A DNA stretch of 63,612 nt, filler included, from Octopus bimaculoides (GCF_001194135.2; 7 parts of 6 records of this genome joined end to end with filler, not necessarily neighbours in it), one strand, 5' to 3'. Shown: positions 1 to 13,307, counted from the whole stretch's first letter. Translations and numbers: made by a program. The notes: generated from the sequence alone by a model not told the origin.

Positions 1-84
1 CTCTCCCACGCCAAACAAATTTCGACATTCTCCCACTCGAAATTTGCTTTCTCTCTCTGTCTTCCCGATTGTCTGTAATTGTCT

Positions 85-131
<47 letters not shown>

Positions 132-243
132 TCTCTCAGACATCCTAACACTCTCACGGTATATCCTCGTTTCCACACATCTTCAGTGGTGGCCATGTAT
201 TTATTTATTTACTTACTCGCTTACTTACAAACCACCACGACTA

Positions 244-278
<35 letters not shown>

Positions 279-594
279 AATATATCCCTCTAAGAAATCG
301 ATGGCTTTGCTAAAAANNNNNNNNNNNNNNNNNNNNNNNNNNNNNNNNNNNNNNNNNNNNNNNNNNNNNNNNNNNNNNNNNNNNNNNNNNNNNNNNNNNN
401 NNNNNNNNNNNNNNNNNNNNNNNNNNNNNNNNNNNNNNNNNNNNNNNNNNNNNNNNNNNNNNNNNNNNNNNNNNNNNNNNNNNNNNNNNNNNNNNNNNNN
501 NNNNNNNNNNNNNNNNNNNNNNNNNNNNNNNNNNNNNNNNNNNNNNNNNNNNNNNNNNNNNNNNNNNNNNNNNNNNNNNNNNNNNNNNNNNNNN

Positions 595-646
<52 letters not shown>

Positions 647-1564
647 AGTGTGTGTGTGTGTGCGTGTGTGTGTGCATATGTATGCATATGTATGCGTGCG
701 TGCATACGCAAACACTTATATACATAGACGTACATATAAGCATATATATATATACACACACGCAAAACAACGAAACACCTACCGCTGCCGCTGCTGATCT
801 CACCACGACCACCACAATTAGTAGTAAAAGTAGTAGTAGTAGTAGTAGTAGTAGTGTTGCCGCTACTACTGCTGCTGTTGTTGCTGCCTGTGCAAATGGT
901 CCCCTCCTCCTCCTCCTCCTCCTTCATCTCTTTGGCTCTCCTGTTGCTCTCCCTCGTACCACACTACTTCTGTCACCAATTATCTAACGGAACCGCTAAC
1001 ACCCACCCGTACAACCAGCACCACCACCACCACCACTGCAGCCATTACGATCTAACGAGGTTGTGGTGCTGCTGGTGCTGGTGCTGATGGTGGTGGTGGT
1101 GGTGGTGGTGGTGGTTCTAGCAATGTGGTCGGTTGGCCTGCTAGAAATAGCAGTGAAATCTTAAGAGAAAACAACTTTCTGCCGTCTTTCAAAAAAAAAA
1201 AAAACCGAATGCTTCGCACTGGACATCTTAATTTAGGCCTGGGTGGTGGCAGTAAAAAAGAAAAAAAAACCCCAAAAATCAACCACGGTGTGGTCAAGCG
1301 ATGGAATGTCTTTGGTCGTAGTTACTGCTTGATCGATGTTGACCTGGGGCTAAAGTACTACAGCAACAACAATAACAGTTACCTCCGTCACCCATCACAC
1401 GTCCATATAACACCTAAACCTCCTCCTCCTCCTCCTACTTCTTCATCGTCACTGATTTCCTCTCCCTCCTCCTACTACTACAACTCCCATCACCACCACC
1501 ACCACTACCACATCTACTACTACTACTGCACAGCTGCTGCTACTACAGCTACTACTGCTACTAT

Positions 1565-1608
<44 letters not shown>

Positions 1609-1699
1609 GTTCTACTCATACTGCTACCCATTACGTTCTGCGCCTTCACCATTCCATGCGCAACAATTACTGTTGATTGCATATTTTTGTTGTGTTTTA

Positions 1700-1735
<36 letters not shown>

Positions 1736-1834
1736 TCCCATTCTTTTCTTCTCTGATGCAATCCGACTCCCTCTCCTCCTGTTCTCCTCTTCCCATTCCT
1801 CATACTACTTCTACTTTCGTGCCACGGAACACAC

Positions 1835-1878
<44 letters not shown>

Positions 1879-1974
1879 CTTCTCTCTCTGTCTCTCTGTC
1901 ACTCTCTTCTCTTTCTCTGTTTCTGTATATGCATGAATGTGTGTATATACATATATATTGGTATGTATATACAT

Positions 1975-2033
<59 letters not shown>

Positions 2034-2310
2034 NNNNNNNNNNNNNNNNNNNNNNNNNNNNNNNNNNNNNNNNNNNNNNNNNNNNNNNNNNNNNNNNNNN
2101 NNNNNNNNNNNNNNNNNNNNNNNNNNNNNNNNNNNNNNNNNNNNNNNNNNNNNNNNNNNNNNNNNNNNNNNNNNNNNNNNNNNNNNNNNNNNNNNNNNNN
2201 NNNNNNNNNNNNNNNNNNNNNNNNNNNNNNNNNNNNNNNNNNNNNNNNNNNNNNNNNNNNNNNNNNNNNNNNNNNNNNNNNNNNNNNNNNNNNNNNNNNN
2301 NNNNNNNCAC

Positions 2311-2373
<63 letters not shown>

Positions 2374-3829
2374 CGTGTACACACACACACAAACACATAC
2401 ATATATATATCTATGTGTGTATTCTTTTTGTGTGAGCCTACCACATTTTTCTCAACAGCCGGAGAATTGATGAAACCTCGACCTGGTCGCTCTTATATGT
2501 TTTGAAATAGCAGCCACATTCTCCCTCACCAATCATCACATCCCACTCTCCTTATAAACAAACCAAAGTCACATTAGACGAAGTGCTACTGGCTACACAT
2601 TAGCTGGGAGGAATATGGCGGGATGGATGTAGAAGGAATGTTCGTTAGTGATAGTTCTACTGCATCGAAACTGACCTGGGAGTTGAGCAACAGCAACGAT
2701 AACAACAGTAACAACAACAACAGCAGCAGCAGCAGAAATAACAACAACACTAGCAGCAGCAATCACAATAACATCAACAATATAGCCATTAGGTAGTATA
2801 GTCCTTGATACAATATGGCTAAATAAAAGTCGGGATGGTCACGTCAGGAAAATCCTATGATAATACTGCTCGACGAGGCCTGTCTTGAACTGGAACTAAA
2901 CGACAATGAAAACAGCATCATTGGACCCAAAGAGTGAACTTCTTCGTAATCCCGCCACCTGCTAGAAATAGCAGCTAAAATTTCCTCAAAATGGAGGCTG
3001 ATGTGATCGTCGGTTCCCAGAGTATAGAGAAACGTCTGTACAGCGATGAGTGACCTGGGGTTAAGCAACAAGAACAACAAAAACTTCCTCATTCTTTCGC
3101 CTCCTCTTACTCCTCCCGTTTTATACGCTGGGAGGAGTGTCACCGAATCCGTTGAGTGAACTCAATGACTTCCGAACAGTTGTAAGAAGCAAGTGGTGTG
3201 AGTTTTCCAAGCGAGCTGGTTCTGAGTTCAAATCCCGGGGCCATCGACGTCCATGCCGCTAATACAACTAATACCACCACTACCACCAGCACTAGCATCA
3301 CCACCACCACCAGCAGCAACACCACCACTACCACTACCATTAACACCCCANNNNNNNNNNNNNNNNNNNNNNNNNNNNNNNNNNNNNNNNNNNNNNNNNN
3401 NNNNNNNNNNNNNNNNNNNNNNNNNNNNNNNNNNNNNNNNNNNNNNNNNNNNNNNNNNNNNNNNNNNNNNNNNNNNNNNNNNNNNNNNNNNNNNNNNNNN
3501 NNNNNNNNNNNNNNNNNNNNNNNNNNNNNNNNNNNNNNNNNNNNNNNNNNNNNNNNNNNNNNNNNNNNNNNNNNNNNNNNNNNNNNNNNNNNNNNNNNNN
3601 NNNNNNNNNNNNNNNNNNNNNNNNNNNNNNNNNNNNNNNNNNNNNNNNNNNNNNNNNNNNNNNNNNNNNNNNNNNNNNNNNNNNNNNNNNNNNNNNNNNN
3701 NNNNNNNNNNNNNNNNNNNNNNNNNNNNNNNNNNNNNNNNNNNNNNNNNNNNNNNNNNNNNNNNNNNNNNNNNNNNNNNNNNNNNNNNNNNNNNNNNNNN
3801 NNACCACCACCACCAATTCCATCACTTCC

Positions 3830-4470
3830 GCATCTTCCTCAAGATACTCTAATCACCAACGTTGGGAACCTCTATGAGGTCGTCCGATATAGAAGAAATA
3901 AACAGCCAAATCTCCGCCCACCATCTTACAATGGAGTACATTGGATAATGTGGGTTTCTGTTCCCTTTATCTAGGTAAAAGTTTTGATAGTCACGGCTGG
4001 AAAGCCTGTCACTATAGGTTTCCTTGACGTGGGCTGACTTAAGTCTAAACATCAACAACGATCTCGAAGACCCTCGATCTCTATGCACCATTCAAGACAT
4101 TTTCGAGGACACACGTAACCAATCTTTCGTGACAAACGGGTAGACCATCCGTCTCGTTACTATCAGAAGCAACTGTAGAATACCTGCCCCTTTGCATCAA
4201 CCGAAATCATCATCTCGAAGAAACCTGCTGCCTGTCTATCAGAATCACCTACACAAAGACACCCACCCCACAATCATCACGGCCGTCTCTAGGACAACCA
4301 TCGCTCCAAATACCACCACGGCTCTCACAAATCACCCGTCCTCTATACCCTATGAACAGCTCCGACACCCACCCATATCCTCTGCTACCACCACTACCAC
4401 CTACAACTATCACCACCCCGAACACAACCACCAAAAGCGTTCTCAAGGCCATTCTCAAGCCAAAATAATC
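3830..4470 (+). mobile_element. Heavily decayed retroelement fragment, possibly Penelope-like RT
   Basis: Only short motifs (GFLDV, YRRNKQPNL); no continuous frame. Confidence 0.3.
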
Positions 4471-4715
4471 TAAAGGACAGTCCTGGAACTGGTCATGTAC
4501 TGAGGGTGTATTCGGGGTGGTTTTGAATATATCTGCTCAACATTACGACATTAAAAATATATGGCCTTGCGTTTATATTATGATAAACGGTGGTGGTTTG
4601 TTTTCGACCGTCAGGAGGTATCACTGCCTTTTATCGTTCCTAGGGTCATTAAAACAATGTATCAGATACATAGTATATATATATATATATATATATGTAT
4701 ATACATATATATATG

Positions 4716-4918
4716 TCGTGGCACTCCGTCGGTTACGGCGACGAGGGTTCCAGTTGATCCAATCAATGGAACAGCCTGCTCGTGATATTAACGTGCAAGT
4801 GGCTGAGCACTCCACAAACACATGTACCCTTAATGTAGTTCTCGGGGAGATTCAGCGTGACACAGAGTGTGACAAGGCTGACCCTTTGAATTACAGGCAC
4901 AACAGAAACAGGAAGTAA
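4716..4918 (-). mobile_element. SINE family C 3' part
   Basis: Matches about 55245-55447; truncated by a gap. Confidence 0.85.
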
Positions 4919-5866
4919 NNNNNNNNNNNNNNNNNNNNNNNNNNNNNNNNNNNNNNNNNNNNNNNNNNNNNNNNNNNNNNNNNNNNNNNNNNNNNNNNNN
5001 NNNNNNNNNNNNNNNNNNNNNNNNNNNNNNNNNNNNNNNNNNNNNNNNNNNNNNNNNNNNNNNNNNNNNNNNNNNNNNNNNNNNNNNNNNNNNNNNNNNN
5101 NNNNNNNNNNNNNNNNNNNNNNNNNNNNNNNNNNNNNNNNNNNNNNNNNNNNNNNNNNNNNNNNNNNNNNNNNNNNNNNNNNNNNNNNNNNNNNNNNNNN
5201 NNNNNNNNNNNNNNNNNNNNNNNNNNNNNNNNNNNNNNNNNNNNNNNNNNNNNNNNNNNNNNNNNNNNNNNNNNNNNNNNNNNNNNNNNNNNNNNNNNNN
5301 NNNNNNNNNNNNNNNNNNNNNNNNNNNNNNNNNNNNNNNNNNNNNNNNNNNNNNNNNNNNNNNNNNNNNNNNNNNNNNNNNNNNNNNNNNNNNNNNNNNN
5401 NNNNNNNNNNNNNNNNNNNNNNNNNNNNNNNNNNNNNNNNNNNNNNNNNNNNNNNNNNNNNNNNNNNNNNNNNNNNNNNNNNNNNNNNNNNNNNNNNNNN
5501 NNNNNNNNNNNNNNNNNNNNNNNNNNNNNNNNNNNNNNNNNNNNNNNNNNNNNNNNNNNNNNNNNNNNNNNNNNNNNNNNNNNNNNNNNNNNNNNNNNNN
5601 NNNNNNNNNNNNNNNNNNNNNNNNNNNNNNNNNNNNNNNNNNNNNNNNNNNNNNNNNNNNNNNNNNNNNNNNNNNNNNNNNNNNNNNNNNNNNNNNNNNN
5701 NNNNNNNNNNNNNNNNNNNNNNNNNNNNNNNNNNNNNNNNNNNNNNNNNNNNNNNNNNNNNNNNNNNNNNNNNNNNNNNNNNNNNNNNNNNNNNNNNNNN
5801 NNNNNNNNNNNNNNNNNNNNNNNNNNNNNNNNNNNNNNNNNNNNNNNNNNNNNNNNNNNNNNNNNN

Positions 5867-5897
<31 letters not shown>

Positions 5898-7044
5898 ATG
5901 AGTATGTGTGTGTGTGTGTGTGTCTGTTTATATATATATAAGATAGATAGATAGATAGACAGATAGCTATAACACCGTTGTACACCTTCCTACAGCAGAA
6001 ATATGTTGTGATCTTGTGTCTGTTCCACAAACAATTCTTTGTAACAACCGCATTCGTATCCTCACCCCACGACTCTAGTCTTTCTCCTCTTCCTACTACT
6101 CACATTGTGGTGGCATAACACATCACGCTGTACCCACTCATCCTTCCATCTTCTTCCATTTCCTTTCTTTCTCGTCCTCCACCACCACCTCCTCCTCCTC
6201 CTCCTCCACCTTCTTCTCAACCTAGTCGTCAACCTCTTTTTCATCATCATCTTCTTCTTCTTCTATTTCTTCTTCTACTTTCCTCCTCTACGTCCTCTTC
6301 ATCGGTGTTACCATTTGCTCTCCGGGTTTAGCCTCCCCTTCCCACCGTACCCACCACACCGCTTATCTATCTATCGAAGTTATTCCTTAGCTCCACCTCT
6401 AACCAAAATGCCACCGAACCTCTCCAACTCACCTTCTTTCTCGTTATTCCTCTGACTTTCACCCACCAACCTCTACTCCTTCGTCTTTCTCTCTCTCTCT
6501 CTCTCTCTCCTTCACAAACACATATCATCTCTCTCTCTTTCACACATCCTCCCTCTCATACATTCTCTCTCTCCCCCTCTCTCTCGCTCTCTGTGTCTTT
6601 CTAAACACACATCTCCATTTGTTTTCCTCTCCATCGCGCTATCTTTCGCGATTTTCCTCCCTTCTTCTCTTCATTCTTTTCATCTCACATTTTATTTCTC
6701 TTTATCCACCCCACCCCATGCATGCCATCGCCTGCTACAATTTATTCCCCCCTCTCTCTCTCTCTCTCTCTCCTATTCTCTCTCTGTCTATCTTTATTTC
6801 TCTCTCTCTCTCTTACTTATTCCGAAATGTTTAATCATTCTATACCACCCCCGTCACCTCCACCTCTCTCTCATCCACCTCTCTCCCTCTCGTCTCTTTG
6901 TCTCTCAAATTCTTTTCCTCTTCCTATACCTCATCTTCATCAATCTATCATTTATAATTGTCTGATAATCCGCAGCCTTCTACTCCCTCCACTCCTCTTC
7001 TCCCCCTCTCTCTATCTCCCTCGTTCACATACACAAACTCACAG

Positions 7045-7088
<44 letters not shown>

Positions 7089-7436
7089 NNNNNNNNNNAT
7101 ATATATATATATATATCTTTATCTATTGGTCTGTCAGTTTATATCACTGTCGTCTCTCCAGATTCGTGCGTTCTTTAACGACTACCCGTATTCTACCCGC
7201 AACTACATAATTGGACACGTTCTAACACCTATTCTTTCATCATCATCATCATCATCATCACCATCTTAACCTCCATTACCACAAGAGCTCCTTCTTCTTT
7301 AGTCTTACTCCACCTCCTCCTCCTCCTCCTCCTCCTNNNNNNNNNNNNNNNNNNNNNNNNNNNNNNNNNNNNNNNNNNNNTTAATTAATTAANNNNNNNN
7401 NNNNNNNNNNNNNNNNNNNNNNNNNNNNNNNNNNNN

Positions 7437-7531
7437 AGCTTTAGGTGTTTCGCTCAATAAGCACTCACAACGCCCGGTCTGGGAATCGAAATCGCGAGTC
7501 CGCTGCCCTAACCACTGGGCCATTGCGCCTC
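7437..7531 (-). mobile_element. SINE family C head
   Basis: Matches about 55517-55626. Confidence 0.85.
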
Positions 7532-7745
7532 ATGACATAGATTAAATTCATAGTTTATGAATCCGGTAAAAATGTCTGCAAAATATTTTTTCCTCAACTT
7601 CACGACACTTTTTTTTAAAAATCGTAATCTCCCATATCGAATACACAGTAATCCAAAGAAATTTTTGAAAAAAAAAAACAAAAAAACAGAAACCGGATGG
7701 GGGAGGTGTTCTTACACCCGACTTCACCTATATATATATGTATCC

Positions 7746-7779
<34 letters not shown>

Positions 7780-7884
7780 ATGATAGGGGCGGTGTCTATG
7801 CGTGTCATCCTATTACTGAGTATATATTCGAATATATATGTGTATTATATGTAGGTAGCTAACAACAAAGTCCATATGTATTCT

Positions 7885-8107
7885 CATATTGTTTTACTTG
7901 TTTCAGTTATTTGACTGCGACCATGCTGGAGCACCACCTTAAATGTTTATTTAGTCAAAGATATTGACCCCCAGGACTTATTCTTTGTAAGCCTAATACT
8001 TATTCTATCGGTTTTCCTTTAACCGAACCGCTAGTTTAGGTGGACGTAAACACACTAACATTGATTGTCAAGCGATGTTGGGGGGACAAACACAGACACA
8101 AACACAC

Positions 8108-8138
<31 letters not shown>

Positions 8139-8490
8139 NNNNNNNNNNNNNNNNNNNNNNNNNNNNNNNNNNNNNNNNNNNNNNNNNNNNNNNNNNNNNN
8201 NNNNNNNNNNNNNNNNNNNNNNNNNNNNNNNNNNNNNNNNNNNNNNNNNNNNNNNNNNNNNNNNNNNNNNNNNNNNNNNNNNNNNNNNNNNNNNNNNNNN
8301 NNNNNNNNNNNNNNNNNNTATATATATACGACGGGCTTCTTTCAGTTTCCGTCTACCAAATCCATTCACAAGGCTTTGGTCGGCTCAAGGCAATAGTAGA
8401 AGAAAACTAACCCAAGGTATCACGCAGTGGGACTGAACCAGGAACTATACGGTTGGCAAGTTCTTACCACACAGTCACGCCTGCGCCTAC
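7885..8490 (-). mobile_element. SINE family A copy (gap inside its microsatellite)
   Basis: Reverse complement of the family A head and tail. Confidence 0.85.
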
Positions 8491-8551
8491 GCATCTAATT
8501 ATGTAAATTGTTAGACAAAAACTAAATTAAAATAAGATTAAGTTACGTTAC

Positions 8552-8968
8552 CTTAATTTGGATATGATTAGCAACTGTCATTATCAAAGTAATAACAATA
8601 AGTGAAATTACTATGAAAATAATGCTCATGGTTGCACATCTAAATTTTCTACACCATTGTGTAGTGCATGGTTCTATGTCTCTATTTCGAGGTACGTTTA
8701 TCGCATCTTGTTGTTGTTGTTGTTGTTGTTGTTGCTGCTGCTGCTGCTGCTGGAGGAGTTGTTGTTGTTGTTGTTGTTGTTGTTCTTCTTCTTCTTCTTC
8801 TTCATCAGTTTCATATACTTTTCTATTTTCCACATATTTCTCAGGTTTATGTCCAATTTCCTGATTCTTCTTCTCCTCTAACTGGGGAGCTGGTGACGAA
8901 AAGTCGTGTACCGTCGGTTCTGAGGAGTTTTTCTCTTCGTCAAGAGGTTTTTTATCCATTGTGGGCAT
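8552..8968 (-). CDS. First exon of a type II membrane protein: cytoplasmic N-terminus with poly-Glu/poly-Gln, then signal-anchor TM (SIIFIVISLIVITLIMTVA); likely a TNF-family ligand
   Basis: 139-codon open frame from an ATG with an upstream in-frame TGA. Basic residues (CRKFRC) precede a ~20-aa hydrophobic stretch; ends at a phase-0 donor AAG|GTaacg. Confidence 0.72.
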
Positions 8969-9614
8969 TTCCGCAAATATTCAACAAACAGCCACAATAC
9001 AATCTTAAAATTATTGAGTTCACAATGATATTAAATGAATACTTCACTTTATTTTATATCTCTTATCTTCCTCACGCCTCTCTCTCTTTTTCACAATTAA
9101 CAATAAATTACAGATGTCTCTCTCTCTCTCTCACCCAATCTCTCATTCTTTCACTTTCTGTTTATTGCTTTTTTTTCTACTCCACTCTTTCATTTTTTTC
9201 CCTACCTCTCTTTCTCCCCTCCCCCTCTCTCTCTCTCTCTGTCCACTCCTCTTATCCTCTCAACTGGTTTCAATTTCATATTACGTCGTGTTTTCTAAGG
9301 GTGGATATTTGACGTAATCATTAACGTGCCGGGTCAAACACCTTGAGATATTTTTCCTGGATTTTTATGTTCAAATCTCACTGAAATAAATTTAACTTTT
9401 TCATCCCTTCAGCGGTCAATGAAATAAACTACTGTTCAATACATACATACATACACGATGGCTGCCCCCCTCGTTATCGAGTATGTCCATTGCACGAAGC
9501 TTAACTTAACGGTGCTGTGATCGAATGTGACTTTTTAGCCCAGCCAAAGATCTACAATGTCTTGCACACTTACCATCCAAAACCTTTACATACGTACATA
9601 CATACATACGTACG

Positions 9615-10862
9615 TGTAGTGAAACTAACACCTCGATCGCCATTACATATGAAACTACCTATCGCCATTCTTCTCATTTAAATATAAACAAACGCGAGCG
9701 TAGCGGAGAACCCATTCCTTGTCATCACGTGACTGATTATTATTCGAAGCGGCAACTTCGAACCGTTCCCGCCAGAACGCAAACTGACCAATCACAGCCC
9801 TTAATAAGGTCACGTGCTAGTGTTTTCCTACTACCGTCTTGGAGCCCCCTTAACGCCTTAAATAGAGCAACTCATACCCAACAAATTTGTNNNNNNNNNN
9901 NNNNNNNNNNNNNNNNNNNNNNNNNNNNNNNNNNNNNNNNNNNNNNNNNNNNNNNNNNNNNNNNNNNNNNNNNNNNNNNNNNNNNNNNNNNNNNNNNNNN
10001 NNNNNNNNNNNNNNNNNNNNNNNNNNNNNNNNNNNNNNNNNNNNNNNNNNNNNNNNNNNNNNNNNNNNNNNNNNNNNNNNNNNNNNNNNNNNNNNNNNNN
10101 NNNNNNNNNNNNNNNNNNNNNNNNNNNNNNNNNNNNNNNNNNNNNNNNNNNNNNNNNNNNNNNNNNNNNNNNNNNNNNNNNNNNNNNNNNNNNNNNNNNN
10201 NNNNNNNNNNNNNNNNNNNNNNNNNNNNNNNNNNNNNNNNNNNNNNNNNNNNNNNNNNNNNNNNNNNNNNNNNNNNNNNNNNNNNNNNNNNNNNNNNNNN
10301 NNNNNNNNNNNNNNNNNNNNNNNNNNNNNNNNNNNNNNNNNNNNNNNNNNNNNNNNNNNNNNNNNNNNGTATAACAAGAATCACGGCCCAGCATCGATGC
10401 CACAACATCACAACTAGTGATCAGCTCTGCCACACACAGCCAACTCACTTCACATACAGACTCATACTATTGTGTACTAAAGAACTGGTATAAAATGCTC
10501 ACGTGTTATTGACTCTCTTTCCATCTGCTGTAATAACTCACATACACACATGTATCACTCACATACACACTTTTCTTTGTATGACGGCCTGTCTTTGATT
10601 ATGTTCTTATATGTCGCATTCTCACACTCACACTCAGACATACATCTTTAACGCCATAATAAATATCTCTGTTATTCATCTCATACGGTTGTGGTCTTTC
10701 ATTACTGGTCATCTATGTTATCGTAGCATAACATAATATTTGTATATCATCTCTGATATATAATTTTGTGTTCGACCGTGTGACACGTTTAAATAAAAGG
10801 AGTCCTCTGTTTTTCCATTCGTCACCATTTCTCCTTTTTGAGTACGCACGGTCGTCCTTACA
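9615..10862 (+). repeat. 5' LTR (contains an N gap)
   Basis: TG...CA termini; 9615-9740 matches 11123-11243, and about 10545-10862 matches about 12205-12521. Confidence 0.88.
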
Positions 10863-10864
10863 AT

Positions 10865-10882
10865 TGGTGACCCCGACGTGAT
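10865..10882 (+). promoter_or_regulatory. Primer-binding site complementary to the tRNA-Trp 3' end (TGGTGACCCCGACGTGAT)
   Basis: 18-nt reverse complement of ATCACGTCGGGGTCACCA, the eukaryotic tRNA-Trp 3' end, located 2 nt after the LTR terminal CA. Confidence 0.9.
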
Positions 10883-11122
10883 TCGTTCACACAGCCCTTC
10901 TGATCTGTACAGCCAACGCGAGCCTGTTCACACAGTTTTCCCTACAATTGGTGACCCCCGACGTTGATTCGTCCACACAGCCTACGTGATCCTGTTCACG
11001 CAGTTTCACTTAAAAATGGTGACTAAATGCCAGTAATAGACCAACCGTTCTTTAAGTCTTTTTCACTACATTTTTTTTATTTCATCTGTTTGCCTTCGAC
11101 AAACCGACTGGTGCGAGGCTAG

Positions 11123-12521
11123 TGTAGTGAAACTAACACCTCGATCGCCATTACATATGAAACTACCTATCGCCATTCTTATTTAAATATAAACAAACGC
11201 GAGCGTAGCGGACAACCCATTCCTTGTCATCACGTGACTGATTNNNNNNNNNNNNNNNNNNNNNNNNNNNNNNNNNNNNNNNNNNNNNNNNNNNNNNNNN
11301 NNNNNNNNNNNNNNNNNNNNNNNNNNNNNNNNNNNNNNNNNNNNNNNNNNNNNNNNNNNNNNNNNNNNNNNNNNNNNNNNNNNNNNNNNNNNNNNNNNNN
11401 NNNNNNNNNNNNNNNNNNNNNNNNNNNNNNNNNNNNNNNNNNNNNNNNNNNNNNNNNNNNNNNNNNNNNNNNNNNNNNNNNNNNNNNNNNNNNNNNNNNN
11501 NNNNNNNNNNNNNNNNNNNNNNNNNNNNNNNNNNNNNNNNNNNNNNNNNNNNNNNNNNNNNNNNNNNNNNNNNNNNNNNNNNNNNNNNNNNNNNNNNNNN
11601 NNNNNNNNNNNNNNNNNNNNNNNNNNNNNNNNNNNNNNNNNNNNNNNNNNNNNNNNNNNNNNNNNNNNNNNNNNNNNNNNNNNNNNNNNNNNNNNNNNNN
11701 NNNNNNNNNNNNNNNNNNNNNNNNNNNNNNNNNNNNNNNNNNNNNNNNNNNNNNNNNNNNNNNNNNNNNNNNNNNNNNNNNNNNNNNNNNNNNNNNNNNN
11801 NNNNNNNNNNNNNNNNNNNNNNNNNNNNNNNNNNNNNNNNNNNNNNNNNNNNNNNNNNNNNNNNNNNNNNNNNNNNNNNNNNNNNNNNNNNNNNNNNNNN
11901 NNNNNNNNNNNNNNNNNNNNNNNNNNNNNNNNNNNNNNNNNNNNNNNNNNNNNNNNNNNNNNNNNNNNNNNNNNNNNNNNNNNNNNNNNNNNNNNNNNNN
12001 NNNNNNNNNNNNNNNNNNNNNNNNNNNNNNNNNNNNNNNNNNNNNNNNNNNNNNNNNNNNNNNNNNNNNNNNNNNNNNNNNNNNNNNNNNNNNNNNNNNN
12101 NNNNNNNNNNNNNNNNNNNNNNNNNNNNNNNNNNNNNNNNNNNNNNNNNNNNNNNNNNNNNNNNNNNNNNNNNNNNNNNNNNNNNNNNGACTCTCTTTCT
12201 ATCTGCTGTAAACACTCATACACATACACACTTTTCTTTGTACGACGGCCTGTCTTTGATTATGTTCTTATATGTCGCATTCACACTCTCACACAGACCT
12301 ACACTTTAACGCTACAATAAATATTTCTGTTATTCATCTTATACGGTTGTGGTCTTTCATTACTGGTCATCTATGTTATCGTAGCATAACATATCATGTA
12401 TATCATATTTGATATATATATTTTTGTGTTCGACCGTGTGACTCGTATAAATAAAAGGAGTCCTCTGTTTTTCCATTCGTCACCATTTCTCCTTTTTGAG
12501 TTCGCACGGTCGTTCCTTACA
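11123..12521 (+). repeat. 3' LTR (mostly N gap)
   Basis: TG...CA termini; both sequenced ends match the 5' LTR. Confidence 0.85.
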
Positions 12522-13307
12522 TACGTATGTACGTTCATATGTATTCACACACAGGCATGCGCGCACACATACACACATACGGGTACCTACAAAAGTGGTC
12601 ACCATTCACCGAATTTGATAACAGCCAACCTTCAGAAAATGGTTATTCTTCCCATGAAATTTTCTACAAATACATTTCAGATATTGTAGATTACGGTTGA
12701 ATCGAAATATAATGTGGAAAGAAATATGGAGGGTCTACACACATCACATATACATTTACAAAATGAAACTTGAAATTTAAAAAGAAAAATTGTGATGTGT
12801 GTTAGCATACGCATACAAACATCATTTTACTCTTTTACATTTAATGTACACCACTTAAAAGATTTTTTGTAGAATATATCGTTTTCTGAAAGTAATCAGG
12901 AAATGAAATCGGAGTGAGTTGGGCACAAATGTATAGACATGTCCTCACCACCGCCCTCTGTCTGTCTGTTTCTCTCTCTCTTTCTCTGTCTCTCTATACA
13001 TCCCTAAAGTGACCAAGGGCATTAATCAGCACCAGTATTGCTAGAAATAAGAGTCAAGGCAACTCAATAGCCACGAAAACCACTATCTTAATGACTGACA
13101 AGAGAGGGAAGCTCGCTACAGCAGTGACGTTTATATTTCTGTCTTTAGGTTGTAAAATTGCAAATAAACCACCCATATCATTTATGTGTGTGTATGTATG
13201 CATGTATGATGCGCGCGCGCGTATAAGTATGTATGTGTGTGCGTATATATACATATATATATATATGGGGGGGGGGTCGTCATGTTTGTTGTATGAAATC
13301 TCGCCTA

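Larger units (their letters stand above)
9615..12521 (+). mobile_element. Complete non-autonomous LTR retrotransposon (two LTRs, 260-bp non-coding internal region, TACG target-site duplication)
   Basis: Both LTRs start TGTAGTGAAACTAACACC (9615 and 11123) and end CCTTACA (10862 and 12521). TACG is present at 9611-9614 and 12522-12525. A PBS follows the 5' LTR. Confidence 0.9.

Noticed and set aside
69-7269. Numerous long low-complexity ORFs (poly-YI, HT, CV, SL, T, X)
   Set aside because: Translations of microsatellites and N gaps; no splice or motif support.
7381-7392. TTAATTAATTAA islands inside N runs (also at about 20544, 33615, 40406, 54458 and 57997)
   Set aside because: Identical 12-mer with stops in all six frames, centred in gaps: a scaffolding marker, not biology.
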